Shown here: piece after piece, positions 28,501-36,406 of the stretch
Layout: each line of letters starts with the position of its first letter
How positions within the stretch are numbered: the stretch's first letter is position 1
DNA from: Candidatus Omnitrophota bacterium
Lineage (GTDB): Bacteria; Omnitrophota; Omnitrophia; Omnitrophales; JACROU01
DNA: 64,000 bases
Assembly (NCBI GenBank): GCA_029261035.1
Contig: JAJDCD010000010.1
Location: 142,612-206,611 of the forward strand
Direction of reading: 5' to 3'
Translations under genes and position numbers: made by a program
The notes under the pieces: model-generated
The model's database searches: none
What the model saw: the letters and a program-made list of their open reading frames with translations, nothing else
What the model was told of the DNA's origin: nothing

Positions 28501-29448
28501 GCTTGCATTCAATGAAGGAACTCCCTGTCTTAAGGAACTCCAATTTTCTGACAAAATCTTTTTAAACGGATTACTTTCTGGGATTTTAGTTAAAAGAAGA
28601 TGTTGAATGTATAACCATTCTTGAGCCCAAACCTTAAGATCAATATCCTTACTTTCTCTTTCAAGGGTAAATAGCTTACGAATATTCTTTAAATCAAGAG
28701 GCGAGGCTACATATTTCTGTTCCAGTTCATTTAAATGTCTTAAATAATTTAATAAGTGCAGTTTTCCATTTTCAAACTCGCTCTTTTTCTGATCCCATAC
28801 CCGTAAATCACCTAAATAAACTTTATCTTTTGCTTTTTGAATCTGGGTTTTCCACTGACCCACTGCCTTGAGCGCCTGTGGAGAGAATTTGTAAATTTCA
28901 CGAAAAAGCTTTAAATTTTCTTTGTATAACTCAGGGTTCTCCACCCCTAACACTTTAACTTTTGATTGTTTCTCAATAGCAAAAACTTCAGCCGCTGAAA
29001 ATTGTCCTTTTTTCATCCAACGATGAGCAGCACTTACATTCATTTTCGCATCAGGGAATAAGTTAAAAAGACTAGAATCAATAGAACTATCGGCCCCTTC
29101 AACAAAAACAACGTCAACACCTTCTGTTCGATAAAGGTAATCTAAAATTTGTTTAATTCTATTTTGCGTTCCTAAATGAGCATGCGCATCTTCCAAATGA
29201 TAAATTTTCATTCTTTCTTGCTTTGTTTGATAAGCATCAACAACAAAGCCTAATTCATTTGGGAAACCAAAAGAAGAAGACATGGACTGTTGTGTAACTG
29301 AAGGGGTGCTTACAAACACCTCGGCCCAAGCAGGATTAACTCCTGAAAAAATCATAAAAAATGCCAATGCTAAGGAAAGCATTTTCATAATCATCTTCTT
29401 TTTTAAAGTTTTTAATCTTCTTCGCATAAGTTTTTCTTCTTTCATCAA
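22570..29448 (-). CDS. Giant (2292 aa) signal-peptide protein with tandem UDP-glucose/GDP-mannose dehydrogenase-family modules (the first degenerate, the second intact) flanked by unknown domains
   Basis: N-terminus MMKEEKLMRRRLKTLKKKMIMKMLSLALAFFMIFSGVNPAWA|EV resembles a Sec signal. Residues about 1410-1850 form a complete UGDH (Rossmann KVVMVGTGYVGLITG, NPEFLREGSAV, catalytic GAGYGGSCFPKD, GLAFKANTDDVRETRS). Residues about 640-1400 form a divergent UGDH-like copy with the catalytic Cys replaced (IAFWGVGDVGVTT, YAPELLRKGSQ, SFAFGGKLRAF, LLGVAFKGNGARLL). Confidence 0.8.
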   Translation of the reverse strand: MMKEEKLMRRRLKTLKKKMIMKMLSLALAFFMIFSGVNPAWAEVFVSTPSVTQQSMSSSFGFPNELGFVVDAYQTKQERMKIYHLEDAHAHLGTQNRIKQILDYLYRTEGVDVVFVEGADSSIDSSLFNLFPDAKMNVSAAHRWMKKGQFSAAEVFAIEKQSKVKVLGVENPELYKENLKLFREIYKFSPQALKAVGQWKTQIQKAKDKVYLGDLRVWDQKKSEFENGKLHLLNYLRHLNELEQKYVASPLDLKNIRKLFTLERESKDIDLKVWAQEWLYIQHLLLTKIPESNPFKKILSENWSSLRQGVPSLNASSQSDLLLFQDPRGYFELLWSAAEEYEFSLDRSKVLPSLVRQLIYQKELVGSDLFQEKSALENSIAEALLETRLEKQIFKADETINLYEKLFKLELSRDEAQKIQSLASDWKPSLLTEKIQTIQREMENRVSLLSQLEDSFFDRALRFYEVAREREGAMIQKSLSFLKQERKSKAVLITGGFHGGGIQQKLTEEDVSFLSIRPKAELSEQAHEYLNLILGKDQINSDAFIKSELNKISIAARLTRNSLDAPETLGHMLIRSLVTEPVSSAYQLDSKAYQRGLERRANSLLRRRAFDGTALSSLTSAKVTAQEGDKLRVQFLGPNQSSLWVDVSVSTAASLGADQVVTEITPIEKIAFWGVGDVGVTTSAVLLKRATDAGRQISIDWYDTQRNLDSANSKNHEPGRSEVILQGKKDADITEINIDDVSDWLRLKLNVEKIKVKELQKLDDKVGLQQLDLGEQTVDEVLTQRMIQIEKHLTWIKDFIQEKVLFGHSGEVTPTLISIKEDLFYSSVLQGSGAKLKELKYQIAQIMVLEEHNVIMIDAGLFLDKDADRFEKVVNQRSRGFGEALKRLRALGDRSHKTFIVRSHMPTGRTENIMQTIYDVSGEDDNFTVVYAPELLRKGSQIEDMNSQQLILGFPKVESIVDEDDADKFRNLKQAQENTKESLKALLFPKGLDEKMFVVTDSASAELGYLGILSYLGTKLASFNTIAQVVRKLKGDMGMVAFGAGLDRRVGLHNISPSFAFGGKLRAFLERAASEFDELFKRNERAGENDVLPPQLAFHGVTEVRDSNNAQIDWFKSMIDQNMSTISGKRVSDIKMALLGVAFKGNGARLLASPAKDLVLWLAAKGIKKIYIYDPDVQEEFMKWVTEAREDTSLDKIIRSRLNVNFFEFVDSPEEAIRKSNAVVIAADHDVIRNIGLQKMKRVLKLKPLFDGRNIFGRQSDGTQEVSLTEVADVGINYLSLGRPSVGPSFKKVKDRANMDKVIKFDDPAAVDRKKVVMVGTGYVGLITGTVLSDLGHDVTTLDIDRNKIEGLNQPEVRLPIWEPGLEELVKKNRDDGRLHFQHSPLEESEFYSSGAEAAIHDANIIYIAVGTPEIKEGPNKGEANLAYLLSATRTAGWGIKSNLRSSDRRTPRRKVIVVKSTVPPIAFDKMKEVLVEMDLKEGSHFDIASNPEFLREGSAVHDVLNPDRNVFGVESEFASKKLQELWAPLQARHKHPVVVTDRKSSPMIKYSANVWLAISISFANALAWLSEEVGASYQEVVRIMKNDVRNPNAAFLAAGAGYGGSCFPKDTAEALYRAKESGVDFKIAEKAISTNGRAPMVVVGKIKSTLASIGDVAENTDLPLEGVRIGVLGLAFKANTDDVRETRSMVVIRELLDLGATVSFHDPLEEAQQNFVFDFTYQILKEDMSILDKDISGLLRQVRNQVLSGSRGEDKYDADVDTVSLNLTQREIEGIVKKGWKRLITVKFDDKVEVAKTMKQAIKGSNLIALMTDWDEIKNLDLVEAHQIMEPIKSVVIGGRRVEVPVIMDARNMLLARNKKQMLEAGIPLIESGENRLLAGAKESLRNSGFFTMFVGEEDITPISAKPLSASSLGVNQVFVTPQAKSAVAKILEEVTADSLGRRNDHLRDHRHKKERGSSARQTLAPEEITVAKVDGLVTELQNFRSVGHLRHLLTSLRSLLAKAPTKFTQYHLDAIQEVEIEDSSAKRQIQGLVSLFAKKTNLAVASSLGDSITTSVTISGTALLDPTSIEISPVTLDAKAAALRIFNKSTSSLPGQLVLPLGDVSEKVLEETLIPVALALRGPNKKNIAFLVPNNSTKDRVLSVLKNLKVDPEVKNKFITFQKVGRKTVAEALEFFVTMQTARFPKGQVVVVAPSVDLEGVFVKGVRKISSDQVIRGNSLDSVRDENRLVARIAAIDIGLDFLATPITNPHPDKLDQIDSIFHMRDSFLNDMVARWVTEIHAQLRILISA

Positions 29449-29697
29449 AATTTTTTGTCCCGTAAATATTCCACAGCATTCTCAGTTTGTCAAACTAAGG
29501 AAGATAAGTTTCTAATATTTCTATCTGAACGATAAAAATAAGGCATAGATTCTTATCAAAAGGAACGAAAATAGTACCATATGTTTATATAGAGTACAAG
29601 TAAAGACCCGTAAAACAGAGGCGAAATCAACTTAAACCCTTATTTTTAAGGAATTAACGTCAATTTTAAGGGTTTTTTAACAGAATTTAAAAAAACA

Positions 29698-30792
29698 TTA
29701 AACACTAAAGCGAAAAAACATGATATCACCATCTTTTACTTGGTATTCTTTGCCTTCCAGACGCATAAGCCCCTTCTCTTTAATGCCTTTTTCAGAGCCT
29801 AGTTCGTTTAATGCGGTGTAGTCAAATACCTCAGCCCGAATGAAACCTCTCTCGAAGTCCGTGTGAATTTCTCCAGCGGCCTGAGGCGCTGTCACAAGGT
29901 TTTGTACGGTCCAAGCTCGAACCTCTTGCTTTCCTGCAGTAAAAAAGGTGATTAACCCTAAAAGACTGTAACCCGTGCGAATAAGCTGGTTCAGACCGGA
30001 CTCTTCAAGGCCCATATCTTTCAAAAACTCCACCTTCTCATCTTCTTCCAACTCAGCAAGCTCAGCTTCCACTTTTCCAGACACCACAACCACCTGGGAA
30101 TTCTCTTTTTCCGCCAACTCTCTTACTTGCTGAACCAAAGGCCCACCTTCCGGTAAATCATTTTCATTAACGTTACAGCAGTACAAAACAGGCTTGGATG
30201 TTAAGAGCTGAAGGTCTAATAACACTTTTTTTTCATCCTCAGACAAACCTTGTTTTCTAACAGGAGTTCCATCTTCAAGACTTTCTTTCACTTTAACGCA
30301 AACTTCTTGCTGCGCTTTAGCATCCTTGTCTCCAGTCCGTACTAGTTTTTCATTTCTTTCTACACGCTTAGTCACCGTATCTATGTCTTTAAGACATAGT
30401 TCTGTATCAATAACCTCGATATCCCCGACAGGATCCACCTTGCCTGCAACATGCACAATATCATCATCTTCAAAGCAACGCACCACATGAAGAACAGCAT
30501 CTACCTCTTTAATGTTTCCTAAAAACTGATTTCCTAAACCTTCTCCTCTACTCGCTCCTGCAACTAAGCCTGCAATATCAACAAACTGCATCGAAGTAGG
30601 CGTTATTTTATCGGGTTGGTATATTTCAACTAAACGATCCAATCGCTTATCCGGGACAGAAACAATTCCTACGTTCGGTTCTATGGTACAAAAAGGATAA
30701 TTCGAAGCGCCTGCTCCTGCTTTAGTCAACGAGTTAAAAACAGTCGATTTTCCTACGTTCGGTAATCCTACAATTCCACATTTAAATCCCAC
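29698..30792 (-). CDS. ychF: Ribosome-binding ATPase YchF (Obg-family GTPase with TGS domain)
   Basis: GIVGLPNVGKSTVFN P-loop, FCTIEPN, DIAGLVAGAS, C-terminal TGS domain. The likely start is GTG 30792 after AAGGAG. The track start at 30855 adds an unlikely leader. Confidence 0.85.
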   Translation of the reverse strand: MGFKCGIVGLPNVGKSTVFNSLTKAGAGASNYPFCTIEPNVGIVSVPDKRLDRLVEIYQPDKITPTSMQFVDIAGLVAGASRGEGLGNQFLGNIKEVDAVLHVVRCFEDDDIVHVAGKVDPVGDIEVIDTELCLKDIDTVTKRVERNEKLVRTGDKDAKAQQEVCVKVKESLEDGTPVRKQGLSEDEKKVLLDLQLLTSKPVLYCCNVNENDLPEGGPLVQQVRELAEKENSQVVVVSGKVEAELAELEEDEKVEFLKDMGLEESGLNQLIRTGYSLLGLITFFTAGKQEVRAWTVQNLVTAPQAAGEIHTDFERGFIRAEVFDYTALNELGSEKGIKEKGLMRLEGKEYQVKDGDIMFFRFSV

Positions 30793-30819
30793 AGAAATCT
30801 CCTTATCAAAATTTAAAAA

Positions 30820-30925
30820 TAAAAAGTATAAAGTAAAAACTATGGACACATCCAAATATTTGGATGTGTTTATTTTTAAATTTTAAATTATGGTTTTTAA
30901 TTTTTACTTTAAAATTTTGAATCTC
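30820..30925. repeat. AT-rich MITE-like element (family H) with central perfect palindrome ACACATCCAAATATTTGGATGTGT (30846-30869)
   Basis: Arms AAAAGTATAAAGTAAAAAC / GTTTTTAATTTTTACTTT around the core. Homologous to the element at 5318-5435. Probably also acts as the terminator of the upstream ychF paralog. Confidence 0.6.
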
Positions 30926-32020
30926 TCACACATTAAATCTAAAGTGAACAACATCCCCATCTTGAATTTCGTAATCTTTTCCTTCTACTTTAAAACAACC
31001 GTTTTCCCTAGCTTTTTGAAGAGATCCCGAATCAATTAAATCCTGACACTTTACAACCTCTACCCGAATGAAGCCTCTTTCCATATCGGAGTGCACATGC
31101 CCCGCAGCCTGAGGAGCCTTCGTTTCTTTAGGAACGGTCCAAGCCCGAACTTCACCATGGTCATGGGTAAAGAAAGTAACCTTATCCAAAAGTTCATAAC
31201 CCATATGCACCACTTTAGCAGGCCCTGATTTTTCAAGTAAAAACTCTTCTATAATTTCTTCCTTTTTCTCCGCATCTTCCATTCGGGACATCTCTTCTTC
31301 AAGAATGCCACATAGATATACAATTCGAGACATATCCTCCTCAGAAAAAGCATTTAACTCTTTTTCCCACTTCCCTCCGCCCGGCAAATCATCTTGGCTT
31401 ACATTAACGCAATATAAATAAGGTTTGATTGTAAATAACTGAATATCTTTTAAGGAGTGTACTTGTTCATGCGTAAGATCCAAATGTCGAATCGGATGAC
31501 CACTTTCCAAAGCATCTTTTAATCCATGCAACAAATCAAAAAGATCTTCATCAAATTTTCCTGAAGCTTTCTTTGCTTCGAGCTTGGCAATGCGTCGCCC
31601 AACGGTTTCACTGTCTTTATGAATCAGTTCATTATTTACGATCCGAATATCGCGCATGGGATCAATGGAACCTAAAAAGTGAACGGCATCTTCACTGTCA
31701 AAAATTCGAACTACATGAAGTAATACATCTACATCTCTAAGGTGAGAAAGAAATTGGTTCCCCATTCCCTCTCCTTTAGAAGCTCCTTCTACCAAACCCG
31801 CCACATCCAAAAATTCCAAATGGGCCCGAACTACGTGTTTCGGATCAATAATCTTAACGATTTTTTCCAGCCGCTCATCCGGGACAGGAACAACCCCTTT
31901 TTTAGGTTGAATCGTAGAAAAAGGAGCAATTGAGATTTCCTCTTTTCCATTAGCTAAAGTATTAAAAATCGTGGTCTTACCTACATTAGGCAACCCCACA
32001 ATTCCACAACGAAAACCCAT
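30926..32020 (-). CDS. Second, divergent YchF-family GTPase paralog
   Basis: MGFRCGIVGLPNVGKTTIFN, FSTIQP (instead of FCTIEPN), DVAGLVEGAS, and a C-terminal TGS-like domain. SD GAGGAG lies upstream. Confidence 0.8.
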   Translation of the reverse strand: MGFRCGIVGLPNVGKTTIFNTLANGKEEISIAPFSTIQPKKGVVPVPDERLEKIVKIIDPKHVVRAHLEFLDVAGLVEGASKGEGMGNQFLSHLRDVDVLLHVVRIFDSEDAVHFLGSIDPMRDIRIVNNELIHKDSETVGRRIAKLEAKKASGKFDEDLFDLLHGLKDALESGHPIRHLDLTHEQVHSLKDIQLFTIKPYLYCVNVSQDDLPGGGKWEKELNAFSEEDMSRIVYLCGILEEEMSRMEDAEKKEEIIEEFLLEKSGPAKVVHMGYELLDKVTFFTHDHGEVRAWTVPKETKAPQAAGHVHSDMERGFIRVEVVKCQDLIDSGSLQKARENGCFKVEGKDYEIQDGDVVHFRFNV

Positions 32021-32149
32021 CGAATCTCCTCGTTAAATTCTATATAAATCGAATACGGAACATAAACAGCCACACAGTTTATCAAGAACGCTGATATTTC
32101 TCAATAGGTCATCCTTTGGATATAAAATATTCATTTTATATATATTTTT

Positions 32150-32178
32150 ATTGACATTAATAAAATTTAAATTACACT
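32150..32178 (+). promoter_or_regulatory. Putative sigma70-type promoter for the BNR-repeat protein gene
   Basis: TTGACA, about 17 nt, then TACACT (TAnnnT). AAGGAG SD sits 6 nt before the ATG at 32209. Confidence 0.35.
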
Positions 32179-32208
32179 ATCTAAAAATCACCCTTTAAGG
32201 AGAAAACA

Positions 32209-33828
32209 ATGAAAACCTGTTCGATTTTATTCTTTATACTTATTTTACTACTTACAATCGTGAGCGCTCCAACAGAAGCTCTTTCGCAAACACGTTCATG
32301 GAAAAGCATTTCGAGCTCTATTCCTGAAAATCAATTCCGTTCCATTTATCTTGTAAATACTCATCCGGAAATCATTTTTCTTATTTCCTCACAGCATATT
32401 TACAAAACAGAAAGTCATGGAAAAGAATGGAAGCATATTTTTGACTTACCTCTTTCTCCAGATATAAAAATCAACCAACTCCTCTCTTCTCCCTATGACT
32501 CAAATAGGATTTACATTACAACATCAGAAGGACTTTATATTAGCAAAGACTTAGGAACTCGATTTAAACTCAGCTTCACTTCTCTAAACGAAAAAGAAAA
32601 AAATTGTTTCGCAATCGCTTTTGATCCAAACAAAAAAAATACGATTTATCTAGGCACTGAAGCCGGACTCTTTACATCTGAAAATCTTGGTGAAGATTGG
32701 AAAAAAAATAATCTCTCCTTAACAAATGAATTGATAAAAAAAATAATCCCTTTAAATAATGGGATCGCCTCATTCATAATCATGACCGACAAGGGGCTCT
32801 ATCATTACAATCAACAAAATGAAAGTTTTAAAACTCTATTTAAATCAAATAGCTTTTCAAGAGAAGAAGCCGTTGACGAAGAAATTTTTCTCTCTAACCT
32901 TATAGAAGATGTCGCACTGATTGATAAGAATATCCTGCTAGCAACACGACAAGGCTTACTGATCAGCAATGATGAAGGATTAACATGGTCGTCCTTTCCT
33001 TCTTTTGGACTACAATCTCAAGAAATAAAAGCGATTGTTTCCGTTACCCCGGATCTCATCTTTGCTTCTACCTCATCGGGTGTTTATCAATACACTAATC
33101 AAAAAAAACGTTGGGAGCTTTTAAATTTAGGACTTCACGAAAACGAAACTACAGACCTTGTTTATCACCCGCTAGACAATGGATCTTTATTTACAGTGAC
33201 TCCAACAGGTGCTTTTACCTTGTCTCATATGAACCCTGTTTACAGTCCTGAAATTCGAATCCAATCGCCCTTTAACATGCAGCAAAATAAACTTAACGAA
33301 TACTTACAAAAAGAACCCAGCATTCAAAACATTCAAGAAGCTTCTGTCCTCTATAGTGATCTAAGTGATCAAAAAATAAAACGCTGGCATCAACAGTCCC
33401 GTTTGAAACACTTACTTCCAACGCTATCCGGAGGAATTGATCAAAATGCCTCTAAGAATGTAAATCTAGATCGAGGGAGCACAAATCAACCAGATGTCTT
33501 TATTTTGGGGCCAGATGAAAAATCTTGGGGGTGGGACATTAATGTGAGTTGGGACTTATCTGATTTCATATGGAGCTCGAGCCAGACCTCGATTGATTCC
33601 CGTAGTAAACTTATGGTCGATCTTAGAAATGAAATTTTAACAAACTTAACTCGAATTTATTTTGAGCGCAGAAGATTAATTGCAGATTTCTTTCTAAAAG
33701 AAACACAAAACCCTATTGAATTATCCCTTAAATTAGAAGAACTCACAGCACTTATCGATGCTTACACAGGGGGCTACTTAAGCAACCATCTCGCAGAAAA
33801 AAAGATTACCCCTCCGTGGAAAGAGTAA
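32209..33828 (+). CDS. Secreted BNR/Asp-box repeat beta-propeller protein
   Basis: Signal peptide MKTCSILFFILILLLTIVSAPTEA. Repeated S-x-D-x-G-x-(T/E)-W/F motifs (TESHGKEW, SKDLGTRF, SENLGEDW, SNDEGLTW). The C-terminal about 150 aa are unassigned. Confidence 0.6.
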   Translation: MKTCSILFFILILLLTIVSAPTEALSQTRSWKSISSSIPENQFRSIYLVNTHPEIIFLISSQHIYKTESHGKEWKHIFDLPLSPDIKINQLLSSPYDSNRIYITTSEGLYISKDLGTRFKLSFTSLNEKEKNCFAIAFDPNKKNTIYLGTEAGLFTSENLGEDWKKNNLSLTNELIKKIIPLNNGIASFIIMTDKGLYHYNQQNESFKTLFKSNSFSREEAVDEEIFLSNLIEDVALIDKNILLATRQGLLISNDEGLTWSSFPSFGLQSQEIKAIVSVTPDLIFASTSSGVYQYTNQKKRWELLNLGLHENETTDLVYHPLDNGSLFTVTPTGAFTLSHMNPVYSPEIRIQSPFNMQQNKLNEYLQKEPSIQNIQEASVLYSDLSDQKIKRWHQQSRLKHLLPTLSGGIDQNASKNVNLDRGSTNQPDVFILGPDEKSWGWDINVSWDLSDFIWSSSQTSIDSRSKLMVDLRNEILTNLTRIYFERRRLIADFFLKETQNPIELSLKLEELTALIDAYTGGYLSNHLAEKKITPPWKE

Positions 33829-33860
33829 AAAAGGCTCCTAATCGTATTCATCTTGAGGCT

Positions 33861-34925
33861 TTATCCTTTTTGTTCTCTGTGTCTTTGTAGGCGAAGTTGA
33901 CCACAGGCGGCATCAATATCAGCTCCGGAACTGATGCGTAATGTATTTCTAATTTTTTTCTTATCTAAAATCTCTCTAAATCTTCGCATAACTGCTAAGG
34001 AAGACCTTTCGAATGAAGCATCTGGAATTGGATTATAAGCAATTAGATTTACTTTTGCGCCTACATCATTAGCCATTTTAGAAAGCTCGACGGCATCTTC
34101 AGGCCGATCATTAATTCCTTTCAATAAAGTGTATTCAAACGTGTATTCTCTTCCATAGCGTCCTTTTTCATTACGAAGCACGTCCATCAACTCCGTTAAA
34201 TCATACTTTCTATTAATAGGAACAATTTCCCGTCTCACATCATCAAAAGGAGAATGAACAGAAATAGATAACCGTATTTGGCGTAATTTTTCTTGAGAAA
34301 ATTTTTTAATTGCAGGAACCAAGCCAACTGTTGAAACAGTTATCTTTCTAGCTCCAATATGAAAACCCCAATCCGAATTAAAAATTTCAATCGACTTCAT
34401 TACTGCATCAAAGTTTTCCAAAGGCTCACCCATCCCCATATAGACAATGTTATCAACTCTTTCTCCCGTAATTTGTTTCAATAAAAATAGCTGGCTAACA
34501 ATCTCAGTAGCTTTTAAGTTACGAATAAACCCCTCTTTCGAACTCGCACAAAAAGAACAGTTCATTTTACAGCCCAACTGAGACGAGACACAAATCGTAT
34601 GTCTTCCGTTTTTTCGAATAAGCACTGTTTCTAAAAAATAACCATCTTTAGATCGGAATAAACATTTGATTGAATCATCCGAAGAAAACTTCGATTCCAC
34701 AAATTCGATATTCGATATCGTAGTTCCCTCTTCTAATTTTTGTTTGAATGATTTTGGGAAGTTCTTAACTTCATCCCAAGAAGAGATGTTTTGATGATAA
34801 AGCCAGTTAGCAAGTTGCTTACCTCGATAAGCTGGCTCATCAAAAGATAAGGCTAACTCTTGTAGCTCTTTCTGAGTTAGCCCTAAAAGACATTTTTTTG
34901 TATTTTGAAGATTGGCTTCGATCAT
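33861..34925 (-). CDS. rlmN: 23S rRNA (adenine2503-C2)-methyltransferase, radical SAM
   Basis: CVSSQLGCKMNCSFCAS radical SAM motif, RlmN N-terminal domain, and conserved C-terminal Cys (AACGQL). Confidence 0.85.
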   Translation of the reverse strand: MIEANLQNTKKCLLGLTQKELQELALSFDEPAYRGKQLANWLYHQNISSWDEVKNFPKSFKQKLEEGTTISNIEFVESKFSSDDSIKCLFRSKDGYFLETVLIRKNGRHTICVSSQLGCKMNCSFCASSKEGFIRNLKATEIVSQLFLLKQITGERVDNIVYMGMGEPLENFDAVMKSIEIFNSDWGFHIGARKITVSTVGLVPAIKKFSQEKLRQIRLSISVHSPFDDVRREIVPINRKYDLTELMDVLRNEKGRYGREYTFEYTLLKGINDRPEDAVELSKMANDVGAKVNLIAYNPIPDASFERSSLAVMRRFREILDKKKIRNTLRISSGADIDAACGQLRLQRHREQKG

Positions 34926-34955
34926 TTTAAATACTAATTTAAAAAACCTTTCTTA

Positions 34956-35345
34956 CTAAAATTTTCTTTCATGCTCCGTAACAGGCAGAGGATCTACTTC
35001 CCCCTTCAAACTCCCTTTAATGGGTTTGTCTCCGGTCCCCAACTGATCAAACCAACTACCCATACGATCAAAAGTAGAATAAAAGAACTCTGAAACACTT
35101 TTTGTAATTCCAAGAAACTTATTCTCTTCCTTCTGCTCTACTTTGATAGCATCCTTTGCAGCTTCAGGAACCACTTTAAGACCAGAAACAACTGATTTAC
35201 TTAAATTACTAGGAACATCTTTAATCATTTTTTCTGTATTGTCTGTTCTCGGCTCATATTGAGTATCCGCAAAACCAATTTGCGGAACAGCCATTATGAT
35301 GAGTATCAAAACAAGTTTTGCAATCAACGGTCTATTAAACTTCAT
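34956..35345 (-). CDS. Small secreted hypothetical protein
   Basis: 129 aa with an N-terminal signal-like hydrophobic segment (LIAKLVLILIIMAVPQIGFA). No recognisable domain. Confidence 0.4.
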   Translation of the reverse strand: MKFNRPLIAKLVLILIIMAVPQIGFADTQYEPRTDNTEKMIKDVPSNLSKSVVSGLKVVPEAAKDAIKVEQKEENKFLGITKSVSEFFYSTFDRMGSWFDQLGTGDKPIKGSLKGEVDPLPVTEHERKF

Positions 35346-35360
35346 AACTCCCCCTTAACA

Positions 35361-35948
35361 TTAATGTTTTAAAACAACTTTCAATAAAACAAATCCACCA
35401 ATCAGTAGTAAAACAAACAAGATGGTAAAAAGACCAAAATACTTCTGTATCCATACTTTCACGGTAGGCCCAAACAAACGCAACAACAAAGCTACAATAA
35501 AAAATCGAGCCCCACGACTTGTAATCGAGGCTAATAAAAAAACTGAAAAATCAACTGTACACACACCCGCAGCTATCGTGAAAATTTTATACGGTATCGG
35601 AGTAAAGCCAGCTGTAAAAATAGCCCAAAAGTTATACTCTCTAAACAAATCACGAACTCTTTCAAATACATCTTGATGAAAAACATAGGCAAAGAAGAAA
35701 TCGTCCACCAGCACCCACATTTGCCATCCAATCAAATAACCAAGCATACCCCCTAAAACAGACCCTGCTAAACAAATTAAGGCGTCCGTCCACCATTGTT
35801 TAGGGCAGATTAAAATAAGAGCCATAAGTAAAATGTCCGGAGGGACAGGAAAAACAGAGGCTTCAATAAAAGCCACAAAGAAAAGTGCCCAGCGAGAGTA
35901 AGGAGATTCTGAAAAATGCAGAACCCACCCTTTTAATTGTTGAAACAA
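35361..35948 (-). CDS. DedA/YqaA-family inner membrane protein
   Basis: 195 aa. The FIEASVFPVPPD motif and 4-5 TM helices are typical of the YqaA/DedA (SNARE-associated) family. Confidence 0.65.
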   Translation of the reverse strand: MFQQLKGWVLHFSESPYSRWALFFVAFIEASVFPVPPDILLMALILICPKQWWTDALICLAGSVLGGMLGYLIGWQMWVLVDDFFFAYVFHQDVFERVRDLFREYNFWAIFTAGFTPIPYKIFTIAAGVCTVDFSVFLLASITSRGARFFIVALLLRLFGPTVKVWIQKYFGLFTILFVLLLIGGFVLLKVVLKH

Positions 35949-36005
35949 AAACGCCTCCTTTTTTAAAGATTATATCAGAAACCCGAGAAGAGAGTTGGTA
36001 GAATC

Positions 36006-36389
36006 TTATGAAGATATATTTAAACACTCTCGAATAGAATCAATAAGCTCCGATGTATCGAAAGGCTTATAAAACACTTTTTGAACGCCTAACTCTTGGC
36101 ATTGCTCTGCCACATTCGTTGTATACTTACTTAAAGCCGTAATAATAAAAATAGGCAGCGCTTTGGTTTTATCATTATCCCTTAGTTTTTTTGTCACTTT
36201 ATACCCATTTAATCTTGGCATTTTAATATCCATCAACACCAGATCCGGAGTTTCCCGCTCCACTTGCTCCAAAGCTTCTATTCCATCTAAAGCTGTAACC
36301 ACAATAAAATTATTAATCTCCAACCTTAGCTTAAGCAACTCCACAATATCAATTTCGTCATCTACAATTAATATTTTAACATTCTCCAT
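36006..36389 (-). CDS. Single-domain response regulator (CheY-like receiver)
   Basis: 127 aa: ILIVDDE...LVLMDIKMP...K receiver signature. No output domain. Confidence 0.8.
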   Translation of the reverse strand: MENVKILIVDDEIDIVELLKLRLEINNFIVVTALDGIEALEQVERETPDLVLMDIKMPRLNGYKVTKKLRDNDKTKALPIFIITALSKYTTNVAEQCQELGVQKVFYKPFDTSELIDSIRECLNISS

Positions 36390-36406
36390 GATGCCACCTT
36401 CTTCTC

